Below, piece after piece: positions 10,921 through 21,206 of a stretch of DNA of 64,000 bases; position 1 is the stretch's first letter, and each line of letters begins with the position of its first letter. The stretch spans positions 3,224,001 to 3,288,000 of the forward strand of contig OX337236.1 of NCBI GenBank assembly GCA_946965045.2, given 5' to 3'. This DNA comes from Epithemia pelagica. Lineage: Eukaryota > Protista > Bacillariophyta. A program made the translations under genes and the position numbers. Under the pieces are notes generated by a model, which saw only the letters and a list, made by a program, of their open reading frames with translations, was not told the DNA's origin and searched no databases.

Positions 10921-11493
10921 ATGGGTAATGCCCACTTGTTGGGCAATAATCACCTTGATGAGGGGCGCCGAGAACGTGTATTCAATCCAACGAAAGGGAT
11001 TTTGATGACGTTCAATGTAGTACATGTAGGTGTCACGAAAGGCAATACACGACAAATGCTCCAAGCCCGACAAGAGAGCGACCAAGGGGATCAACCACAA
11101 GATGGAAAAGTCCGACACTTGTTTGGCTTCAGGAATCCGGTCGGCATTCTCATCTCCCAAGGAAGGATTGGGGTAATGGACATACCAATACCAGGTGGTC
11201 GAATCGTCTTCTCGCATAGCAATAAAAAAGAGAATGAGGGCTTGCGTAATTTGGAAAAAGGCCGCTGCTCCACTCCAATTGGACAAGTCCTCGGGAACCG
11301 TATTGAGATTGAAAATCTCCGTGGCAATTTGCCGTTCGGCTTCTCGTAGTTTCTCTTCGGTAGTCTTGATGACGACAATGTTTTCGTCCTGGTAATCATC
11401 TTGGGGGTCGTTCGCTTGCTGTTGTTCTGCCGCCGACTGGGCCCACTTGGATTTGGGAGGATTTCGCGGTATGGCTTGTTCTTGGGACATCAT
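10921..11493 (-). pseudogene. Truncated heliorhodopsin paralog (N-terminal extension plus TM1-TM3 only)
   Basis: Homologous to 12617-13609 up to QVGIT, then runs into the kelch-3 upstream region (ORF stops at 10783); lacks TM4-TM7 and the retinal-binding Lys. Confidence 0.85.
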
Positions 11494-12616
11494 GGTGAAA
11501 GTAGCAGGAGTCTTCAGGATCCAATTCTACTCTTGAACAAAACTTGTCGTCGTCGTCGTGTTTTGCGTAGCTTGCCGCAAAAAATGAGCACAACCACCAG
11601 TCACCGGTATCTAGAGAGGGTAGAGGTGAGAAGTTTGCGGGTCATTCTGGTGCGTCGATCTTTCATCGGCAAAAGTTCCCGACCAAACTCCATGACATTT
11701 CTGGTGAGGTACGGCCTATGAAGTCTTCGAAGAGAGACATGAGACAGTCATTCGTCTGATTCAAGATGACATGATAATGGCTCGAATGGCCTGCTTAACT
11801 GGATAGTAAATTGGTGCACTGACGTTGCCCTCCAACGAATGCTTCTTCCTTTCGGTGCGCCAGGTGTCGTTTCTAGTATTTAGTTGGGTGTGTGCTTTCC
11901 ATTATGCCCTTTGCGGTTCTGAGAATATTCTGGTCGCGGAAGAACGATAGCGGGTGGTCGTGAGGTGACAGTATGTCCGTTTATGACTCTCTACAATTTC
12001 ATTTGATAGATCGAAAATGTCACTAGTAGGGACGAAGCCCGACTTTCACTGGGAAATTGATTGGGACTTCAAAGTGGGACCTCCGAGCTGCGAGATCGAG
12101 CTGCGAATTCCGACACGAAGAGTACGGAGTACGAACATGCTACTAATGTTGTATTAAGAGGATGAGCAAGGAGGAGAGAAGAAGTTGACCTGCCCCCATA
12201 TATTACGAGTATTCTATAGTCTCAATAGACACAATAGACACCTTTCTATTTTTTTCTCATCAGGAATGATGCACTACTGGATCGTTCGCATTCGTACACC
12301 GTGCCCATCCAGTGGCAAACCATGAATTCGACGTCTCTGTCTCGATTTTTTATCACTGCAGTCGCTGTAAAGGCTCGAAATCTTTGGTCGTTATTTCGAG
12401 AACGACGACGACGACTCGGCATTGACGCCGTTTCTTGCAAATGACAATGGTGCGATCTTTCGTTACCGAGAGATGTCGACAGGTCAAGGTAGGTAGTTTG
12501 TTCATGTTGGAATCCTTCCGAAACGTATAATGAATCTAGATTGTGCGTACTTTGAAATTCTCTTTAAACTCTTCACTATGTACATGCATGAATTTGACCC
12601 AAAACGAACACACACC

Positions 12617-13609
12617 TCAAATGGCATTGACCACGGTCAGCCAGGTCAAGATTGTCTTGGCGGTAAAACTCAAAGCGATAAAGGCCTTTTCCCCATTCAC
12701 ATAGTCTTCAAAGATGCCAATCTTGCTCCACTGCAAATAAAATGTAATGGCAAACGACGTGTCCATCAAGAACTGCAAAATGACCAAGGCCCAGACGGAG
12801 GAACCCTCTCCGCCACGACTGTTGTAGACGGCAAAGTAGTTGAAAATCAGGGCCCAATTCGTCAAATGGCCAATCCAGCCCGTGAAGAAGGGCCTCCAAT
12901 TCTGGGCACGATTCTCCGATCGTGCCTTGGCATTGCAAGCCTCATGAGTCGCGGCGCATTGAATGGAAATGGCCATGATGACAAACATGGCAATCAACAA
13001 ATGAACGTCGGTAATGCCCACTTGTTGGGCAATAATCACCTTGATGAGGGGCGCCGAGAACGTGTATTCAATCCAACGAAAGGGATTTTGATGACGTTCA
13101 ATGTAGTACATGTAGGTGTCACGAAAGGCAATACACGACAAATGCTCCAAGCCCGACAAGAGAGCGACCAAGGGGATCAACCACAAGATGGAAAAGTCCG
13201 ACACTTGTTTGGCTTCAGGAATCCGGTCGGCATTCTCCTCTCCCAACGACGGATTGGGATAATTGACAAACCAGAACCATTCATTCGTGTCGTCCCGTGT
13301 GGCAATAAAGAACAAAACGAGGGCTTGCGTGATTTGAAAAAAGGACGCGGCTCCACTCCAGGTGGACAAATCTTCGGGGACCGTATTGAGATTAAAGACT
13401 TCAGTCGCAATCATGCGTTCGGCTTCGCGCAACTTTTCTTGCGTCGTCTTGATGACCACCACATTGCGATTGTTGGCGTCGCGTTCAAAGGTTCCACCCG
13501 TTGCCATGGCCGAGGTCGACGGTGCGGCTCCGCCACGCGAGGTGGACCATTTGGACTTGGGGGGCGATCGGGGCATGGCTTGTTCTTCCATGATGGCTTG
13601 TGAGTCCAT
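12617..13609 (-). CDS. Heliorhodopsin (7TM retinal protein) with ~80-aa N-terminal extension, 330 aa
   Basis: Heliorhodopsin signatures QNPFRWIEYTFS (TM3), IAQQVGITD, GEKAFIALSFTAKT (TM7 SxxxK; S314, K318), LSGLEH (TM2 His); seven hydrophobic segments; intronless. Confidence 0.92.
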   Translation of the reverse strand: MDSQAIMEEQAMPRSPPKSKWSTSRGGAAPSTSAMATGGTFERDANNRNVVVIKTTQEKLREAERMIATEVFNLNTVPEDLSTWSGAASFFQITQALVLFFIATRDDTNEWFWFVNYPNPSLGEENADRIPEAKQVSDFSILWLIPLVALLSGLEHLSCIAFRDTYMYYIERHQNPFRWIEYTFSAPLIKVIIAQQVGITDVHLLIAMFVIMAISIQCAATHEACNAKARSENRAQNWRPFFTGWIGHLTNWALIFNYFAVYNSRGGEGSSVWALVILQFLMDTSFAITFYLQWSKIGIFEDYVNGEKAFIALSFTAKTILTWLTVVNAI

Positions 13610-15188
13610 CTTGTGTTGGTTTCGTTCTGACTATCTCTTGTTTGGCTTTGTGGTGGCGTGCGTGTGGTGGCTTGTCGACCAGGTTGTTTGGTTCTCCCAG
13701 CCCTTGTCGAAAAAGTGACCTGGCGTGAGAAAGAGGACAAACTTCGTCCTACCAATTCCATGTTGGGCGTGTTTGACACAACATTTTTTCGGAATCTGGT
13801 AAGGAACACTGACTGTACATTTACTCAAAATTGGCATACCCTCCGACTAGATGTCCGCTTCTTAGCTCGTCTGTTCGGGCAAGACAAACCCAATCTCACA
13901 GACAAAAAATGAATGGAAATTTCACATCCATCGGTGGAAAGGCTGGCGTGATGTGACAGCTGGAAGATGGCAGGCGTTCTGCTCAACAAGACTCAAAATA
14001 ATGTTCTCAGTGAGATCACGGGTCACAAAATCGATGCAGGCAACAAAACGAGGCAATGACCAAACCAACATCAAAAACGGCATGCTTCGTCCCTGGCCAT
14101 CTCATCTCATCTTTGTCACTGCACATCCATCATGGTAAGTTCTGGAATGGCTAATAATTGCATTGGAATGGACAATGTTTAGTTGTAGGCTCTCACTACG
14201 TTGCCAGTTGCCATAGTGTGTCATTTGTTTGTGCCATGTAACATCCATTTTGGTCGATGCCATGTGGGGCTGCTGGCATCATTTGTAGGATTCTTATAGG
14301 ACAAAATAGAGCTATAGACCTCAATTAGGAGTAGGTAGGATAAGTGGAGGAAGCCATCCATTTTTCCTCTGCTGTCGCTCAGTTTGGGTCTTTAGTGGAT
14401 TGTGATGTCGACCTGCTCCTGTTGTTCTTTTTTTGTTACCATGAGCATGACTTGTCTTTCCCAGCAGTGCAGGGGACTCTACACTCTATATGCTCCATAA
14501 CGCAACTAGAAAGAGACGTATTCTAAAATAGGACTGTATGTGGTTGCAAAGAGACAAGCCTACGGCAACGGCACGGTGTTGTGGAGGAGGGTCCACTTTT
14601 AAACGGACACAAACACTAGAAACAACCACACTTCTCCTAGAAAAAACAAAGAAAGGATGGGGTAGAGCAAAACACTATCTATGGTCTATATGTCAAATGT
14701 CCATGGTGTGCAGATGATAGAGAATGCATTGTGATGGTGCATGTCCATTATCCATGTCAAAAGGTGCGTAGTGAAAATAATGTGGGTCGCAACTTGGGAC
14801 GACAATCAAGAATGGGGAAGACCAACGGTCAAAGTGCGCACGCCTGCTCACAAAATTTCAAAACGGTGATCCAGAAGGCCGGCGTGATCATTTTCATTTT
14901 GACCCGAAATTTTCTTCAAAAACGCAAAAAAACCAAAATTAAAATTGTTGGTCGCGGAGAGCGGCTGGGGGGCTAAGAAGCGGACACCTAGTCGGATTCT
15001 CCAAAATTTCCGAGGAATTTCCTCCTTTCAGTCTAGTATGGAAAGTACAAATGATAGTTTGGACGGTTCTGTGAGGTAAAAAGGCAAAAGGCTCATGACT
15101 CATGACTCGCAATGACATCATCCCCCGAAATGGTTTATAGAACTTGTACAATTCCCCATATCCCCCAAACTTTCTTGATTATGACTCC

Positions 15189-15834
15189 TGACGTGGTCGG
15201 CTAAGAAGTCATGGAAGATGAACTTGGTCGGTCTTCTCACATGACCGGTATTTTGAATGCGCCCTACAATTACGAGTATCATGGAAAAGCAAAGACTGGA
15301 CAGAAGAACGAGGCCAAAACATTTCTGCGAAAAAATATCAATGGTAGAGATACGACTAAGAAGGGCTTCTACGTCACGTCACGGGCCACCGAGCTGACGA
15401 GAATCCGTCAATAGATGACGGCAACATTTTCCCGTCAGGTTCCCCCGTCAATTTACTTAGGCATATCGCAAAAAAAATGGAAGTACGATAGAATTAAGAT
15501 GCATTGACTACGTTACGTTCTAAAATGTGGAATGAAGAATGGTCTCTGCTCTCTGTTTCTCTGGCGCATCTTTGTCGTTTCCGGGTTGTTGAGACGTAGT
15601 TCCAGCTGCAGACTGCCGTGAAGCACGGTCAGTCCATTTTACAGAAGGGTCCCGCCATATCTCTCGTCTTGTTCTACTTGGCTGCCTTCAGACTCTGGTT
15701 ACTATGATCATGAATGATCATTAATGGTTGGTTGCCATCTTGGTGCATTTCATGCGATTTCTGAACTCGACACGATCCAAAAAAGATTTCGTCATGGCGT
15801 GATGGCCTGACGTGACGTCGTCATATTTACGTCA
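15189..15834. promoter_or_regulatory. Cluster of TGACGT/ACGTCA (bZIP/CRE-type) hexamers
   Basis: Six copies starting at 15189, 15371, 15376, 15808, 15813 and 15829; about 0.3 expected by chance in this span at uniform base composition. Confidence 0.3.
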
Positions 15835-17271
15835 GATGACGAGCGTCACTCGTTCCGTCGTCACTAGTCACAGTAGCATTCTTGATTCTTGATGAGTACG
15901 AACTACGAATGTACTCCTACTCCTACGGGTACAAAGATTGTCCTAACCAGTTATTTCTGGAACGACATAGCCCATTTTTTCTTAGGGATTTTTACCTTTT
16001 CTCTCGCACACTCGCATACTCGTTTCTCACGTCCTGCGGGTTCGAGTAGTAGCGATCAAACTATATCGCGACAGCACTCGCATACAGTATCGGCTTAGCT
16101 CATAATAGTTAAACAATGAGAGTACACTCGTAGAGGTGGTTTGTGGCTCGCAGAAAGGAATCCCACAAGTCAAATCAATTTCCGGTCCTTTGCATGCAGA
16201 GCAGACCATTGTTTGAGTCAGAGGGAAAATAGCGTGGATAGTCGCCTGGTCGATCTTTGATGATTGCAAGGTAGACACACCAACAATAAGTCCCGTGGCA
16301 CGAAACGATTGCTTCCAGCTCCTTCAGGAGAGGTAATTGTGTTTCTCTTTATCTCTCATGTTTGTATCCAGGGTTGACTGATGGGAGTATCGTAAATCCC
16401 AAAATCTAGAGAGATGTCGATGGGGAACATGCGAAAAGACTTGAGCTATCTATGGTATTGGAGCGGTGCGACTCCATCCAGCAGTAATTCATATGCGATT
16501 GACAAGTCCAAATGGAACAGCGATCTGCGGTTGTGGACACGCACGCCTTTTCGCCACAGTTACGCAGATGAACCAAGGCAAGGAAAGAGATATCTTCCAC
16601 ATCCAAAAACTCTTACCCGAAGACAAGGAGGAATAATCATAATTGTCCAAATCGCAATTCGCATCCTTACAAACGAGCGACCTGTTTCGGTTTGCATCCT
16701 ATACTGAGTCACACACCATTGGCCCTTCTCAAACATTCCAGAATGACGCATCCAGAATCCAGACCGAAACCAACAAGTACGTTCCAAAACTACCTAGGTA
16801 CATGCTCGATCTTCTGCACAATGGGATGAATGACGTACAACAGTTGTTGTTCTGTAGTAGAGAGAAGAAAGCAGATGCGGCATCTTTCACAAGCAAGTAT
16901 CACCGATAGCCCGGCACTAACCCAAAAGTCAACACTCTTGGTTGGCGTTACGACAAGGTTCCACTCTTACATGGCTCTGTAGTTCCAGTGTCTCTGCTGT
17001 TCTCCACTTGCTCCCACAATCCTCTTTTCGCAACAAGAAGCAGTATCCTTTGCTGGTCTACTACTTTTTGTTCCAACAAGATCGAAAGATTGGATCAACA
17101 ACAAGATGGAAAGATTACATTCACGACTATTACTAGCGATAAAATTACAACTTGAGCCCCTGGTGAAAACACGATGCCAATCCAATCTTGGCGGTTGTCG
17201 CCCTGCCATCAGTCGTCTTCTTCGACGGTCTTTGCATCAAACTAGTCTTCTTCTTCTTCCACCAGTTCTTG

Positions 17272-20094
17272 TTACTGACATGTATCGTTCGAAGAGGGTG
17301 CATTCTCCAGCCGAGGTGATGTTACTATTCTTGAGCACCCCTCCTCTTTGGTCGTTTCTTCGTGAGACGTGTCGGTCTGAGAAGATTCGTTTGTCACGGT
17401 TGTGATTGTGGTATCTTGCAGAATCCTACCTGCCTCTGACTCAGCGCCAAAGGGACCTTGCGGTTCTTCTTCTGGCCCTCCTTGCTCCTCTTCCTTGTGG
17501 TATTCCGAGTCGGCTGAAAACACAATTTCGGCCGAACCCATCGAGCAGTGGTAATTGGCATTTTCGTCTTCTTCTTCAATGGTTGATGTGGTGGATGGCA
17601 CCACATCATGTTGTAAATCTTGACAGCTCACAACCATGTCGGATGGATCCACCGTGCTGACACTGGATGGATGAGGCGATTGTGTTTCTTCTTGAGTCGA
17701 GGAATTCCATTCTTTCGTGGAAGTTGTCGTAGTGTCCATTCCTATATTGTCAGTGATGGTGGTCGTTTGGGAAACATCCCGGACCGAGGAGGAGATCCGA
17801 GACGATTCTTTAATGGGCAAGAGCTCTGCGGATGCTCCCGCCGAGGCAACCGCGGCACCACTGGCAATCAATGCCTCATTGCCCGTCAGGGTGTTGTTGC
17901 TGTTGGACGGCGTTGGCGATAGGGTACTACTGCCACCACCATGTTTCAATCTTCGAAATTCCATCGAGGTTGATCCCGAGTCATAGGTTTCTACGGTGGT
18001 GGCCACATGCGAACTTGCTTCGCTACTGTTGTTCATTCGGACATTGTCCGACGAAACGGGGTCAGAGGAAGGAGCATTGCGGACTCGCGCTTGGAAATCT
18101 CGTACCGATTCGGAAATTTCTCGAATGCGGCTTTCAAACAAGCGCTTTTGTTGCTCCCGACTGAGACCGGCATAGTCGCGTTGCAACCAAATCTTGGGGA
18201 CAAAAATGAGAATGAGCAACCCTTCGCACACGAGGAAAATGACCATGGTCAAAATCAAGTAATAGGCTGAGGGTTGTCCCTTGGCCACCACCACCACGGG
18301 GATACCGGTCAAAAAGGCTTGAAACAGTCCACCCACGGCCAGTCCGACATATTTGGCTTCGGAAAACTCGGATTTGAGATTGCGAGCCTTGATGGCTTGC
18401 CATGAGGCGATGACGAGGACAAAAAAGTTGATGAGGGCCAATGGAACGAGGTAGGCCAAGACATTTTCGGATCGACAGGACCCGTAGGTGGAAATGACGC
18501 GATTCCAATAATCGGTTCCTTCGTGTTCTTCTCGTTGATACTTGAGTGGATCAATAATGGTCCAACAAATCAAGACTGCAAAGTTGCAGGAGAGCAAGAC
18601 CAAAAAGGGGGGCAAGACATCGTATTCGCTGACTCGAATCCGAGTCATTTGATTTTGCAAATGAAACAATTTGTTGACTCTCCACAATTTGCTAAAGAGC
18701 GCCGAAAAGGTAATGGTAAAGCCGGTAAAGGCAAACCAGGGCACACTCATGCAAATCACCACGCTCTTGGCATGGCTCATATCTTCACTGCCACCTCCAT
18801 CGTCAAAGGTAAGAGGAATCAAACTCCCACTCATAATCAAGACACCAATCGCCACCATGACCAAAAAGAAGGGTTGCGCCGCCGATACAACAATGGAGGT
18901 TCGATTGCGATAGGTCCAAAACAGACATCCTGCAATCGAAAGAAGGACGATACCGAAACAAACATAACCGACCCATTCCAAAGAGCCAATCAAATTTTCA
19001 TCAACTTCCAATTCCGGCAATTCCAACGGAATGAGGTTGTAGGCCACAATATTGGTGGCAATGTATTCTTCCGCCACACTGGAAACGTCTCCTCCGGCTT
19101 GTGCCGTGGTGACCAAATCGTACAAGACGTGCGCCGATCGGAGACCCATTTCGTAGGGCATTTGACCGACCAAACCATCGACATAGCGACTATTGAGATA
19201 GGCCAATTGAAAATCGGCTCCATCCGTTCCAATATAAATAATGCCCTTGTGTCTATTTCGATCGACAAAATTGGTACAATTCTCGTGTCGCATGGGCGTT
19301 TGTTTCATAAAAATCATGGCCGTGGGATTGAGTGCAGCGGCCCGTTCCATGACGGGCATGTAATTGTGACCGGGTGGATTTTTGAAGGGATGCGAATCGG
19401 TTTCATTGTTAACTCGATAATAGGCCCATAAATGATCGTGCGTCGGACCTTCCATTTCGTACCAATGCGCGCGATCGTCGCGGTGATTGTACCGGGTAAT
19501 TTCTTCGACAAAGCCTCGATTGCGAGGATCCTTAAAGCCCACAAAGGTATAATTGCCTCCCTCTGGTCGCAATTGGCGCAACAATTTGGCCATGGTCCGG
19601 CCCATAAAGGCGTTGTCCGTTCCGACATAGGACATGCGACTCGAATTGGCCACATCTCCGTCCAGTAAGGTGATAAAGACCCCTCGTTGTTTGGCTTCAT
19701 CAAACAATTTGCGCATTTCGTCGTGTTCGGAGCACGGTTTCAACGCAATTCCGGAAACGCCCATATCCATCCATTTCTCGACTTGTTCACGACGATATTC
19801 GAAACATTTTCTCGGTGGTCCATCGTCACCGTCCGGTTGTTGCGATGCATAACAGGTAATGCCCAGAAGTTTGCATTGATGAAACCAGCCCTCATAAACG
19901 GGTTCGAAAAAGAGAGACCCTCCATTGTACAAGGCCAACGAAAAGGCTTGCGTCGTGTGCCGGCTGGTTTGCCATGCCAGTAACAGACTGATGATCCACA
20001 TCATCCGACAAAGACTACCAATGGTGCTTGAAGAGCAAGCAGTCGTCCTTGTCATGGGAGACCGGTGTCGTCGTCGAAACAAGTGGGTCGCCAT
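17272..20094 (-). CDS. Class C (GABA-B-like, 7tm_3) GPCR with a type I periplasmic sugar-binding-protein-like ectodomain
   Basis: Signal peptide (MMWIISLLLAW); RbsB-like motifs GVSGIALKP, ITLLDGD, YVGTDNAFMGRTMAKLL, YVDGLVGQMPYEMG; 7TM motifs AAQPFFL, FSALFSKLWRV, SEFSEAKY, LIFVPKI; Ser/Thr-rich tail. Start placed at ATG 20094; the ORF is open from TTG 20157. Confidence 0.9.
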   Translation of the reverse strand: MATHLFRRRHRSPMTRTTACSSSTIGSLCRMMWIISLLLAWQTSRHTTQAFSLALYNGGSLFFEPVYEGWFHQCKLLGITCYASQQPDGDDGPPRKCFEYRREQVEKWMDMGVSGIALKPCSEHDEMRKLFDEAKQRGVFITLLDGDVANSSRMSYVGTDNAFMGRTMAKLLRQLRPEGGNYTFVGFKDPRNRGFVEEITRYNHRDDRAHWYEMEGPTHDHLWAYYRVNNETDSHPFKNPPGHNYMPVMERAAALNPTAMIFMKQTPMRHENCTNFVDRNRHKGIIYIGTDGADFQLAYLNSRYVDGLVGQMPYEMGLRSAHVLYDLVTTAQAGGDVSSVAEEYIATNIVAYNLIPLELPELEVDENLIGSLEWVGYVCFGIVLLSIAGCLFWTYRNRTSIVVSAAQPFFLVMVAIGVLIMSGSLIPLTFDDGGGSEDMSHAKSVVICMSVPWFAFTGFTITFSALFSKLWRVNKLFHLQNQMTRIRVSEYDVLPPFLVLLSCNFAVLICWTIIDPLKYQREEHEGTDYWNRVISTYGSCRSENVLAYLVPLALINFFVLVIASWQAIKARNLKSEFSEAKYVGLAVGGLFQAFLTGIPVVVVAKGQPSAYYLILTMVIFLVCEGLLILIFVPKIWLQRDYAGLSREQQKRLFESRIREISESVRDFQARVRNAPSSDPVSSDNVRMNNSSEASSHVATTVETYDSGSTSMEFRRLKHGGGSSTLSPTPSNSNNTLTGNEALIASGAAVASAGASAELLPIKESSRISSSVRDVSQTTTITDNIGMDTTTTSTKEWNSSTQEETQSPHPSSVSTVDPSDMVVSCQDLQHDVVPSTTSTIEEEDENANYHCSMGSAEIVFSADSEYHKEEEQGGPEEEPQGPFGAESEAGRILQDTTITTVTNESSQTDTSHEETTKEEGCSRIVTSPRLENAPSSNDTCQ

Positions 20095-21206
20095 GTTGTT
20101 CGTTTGGTGATGTTGTTTGGTTGTTTGTTGGGAAGGAAGAGATGCTAGCCCTAACACGAACCCAAGTTCTACAGGTGGGGTTCATTTCAAGACTGGCCAA
20201 AACAATCTGAGGGCAAACATTTCCTGATCACCCCGCAAGGAACTTCGAGAACTTCGCCGATGATGGGGCAGTCCTCTGAAACGAATTGGTGGTCATAATA
20301 CACTTCCTTTATACTCATTTGTTTCCAGTACCAGACGCTGGAAAGTGGTAATGGAATGTCTCCTTCATGTCCGATGGCAGAGGTTCTGATTGGGGACCGG
20401 ATCGCATCGGACATTATGGATAAAATGAAGACGACTCCACTTTCTGTTTTGCTGCTGACTGCTGACTGGTGAAAAGAACCATTACAGATTACAGCCCGAC
20501 GCAATGGGCTGTAGTGATTGAGTTTGCGTATTCGATTGATAGTCCGAGTTCCGAGTTCCCATTATGATTCGATATTCGATCCTTCATACAGCAACTTGTA
20601 TATTGACGGATTGACTGGAACTGGTCATGTCGAATCTATCGAGAGCTGATCGAGAGCTGATCGAGAGCTATCGAGAGCTACCTCTATGGATACAGAAGAC
20701 TCATTCTGTGGATAGCGCAAAAATCTACAGCTAGACTACCTAGGAAGTTAGGTAGGGACGTAGGTCTTCTATGCAAGATCTATTGAAAACCTCACACCCA
20801 GACTGAAACTACTGGAAATGAACAGGTAGGTAGGAGAAGTAGAGATCGAGAAGACTGATCAAAATCAAAGAATATGTGTGGGTCCTACGAATTTTGGTCA
20901 ATCACCCTCCTGACTTATTTTCGTCACTGACGGTTTCGCGTCGTCGAGGATGACGTCACATCCTTGGATCTGGCCCTACAGGCTGACTGGTCAAACGAAC
21001 CCTATTCTATATTCTACTATTAATAGCTATCTTTTTGCTTTTTTGGAAATGAGGTAGGATGGTAGTAATGTAGGACGGACTCTACACGGTCCGCCTGCGA
21101 GTCGGTCGTGGTTCGTGGTGCACATAGCGAAGCGACTCCCTAGCTATCTATGGATATATGGTGGGCTACCCATATTGCTGTCACTCATGATAAATGACTA
21201 CTCCTA

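Noticed and set aside
12530-13603. 357-aa plus-strand ORF (similar cases: 10780-11349, 18523-19431, 25304-26317, 36650-37384, 42821-43600, 49332-50066, 61804-62904)
   Set aside because: Antisense shadows of well-supported genes; no independent motifs
16027-17100. Several short protein-like ORFs on both strands
   Set aside because: Frequent stops and no recognisable motif; possibly a decayed gene or TE but not assignable
20637-20681. (TCGAGAGCTGA)-type 11-mer x4, considered as a CRISPR-like or regulatory array
   Set aside because: No spacers; ordinary minisatellite
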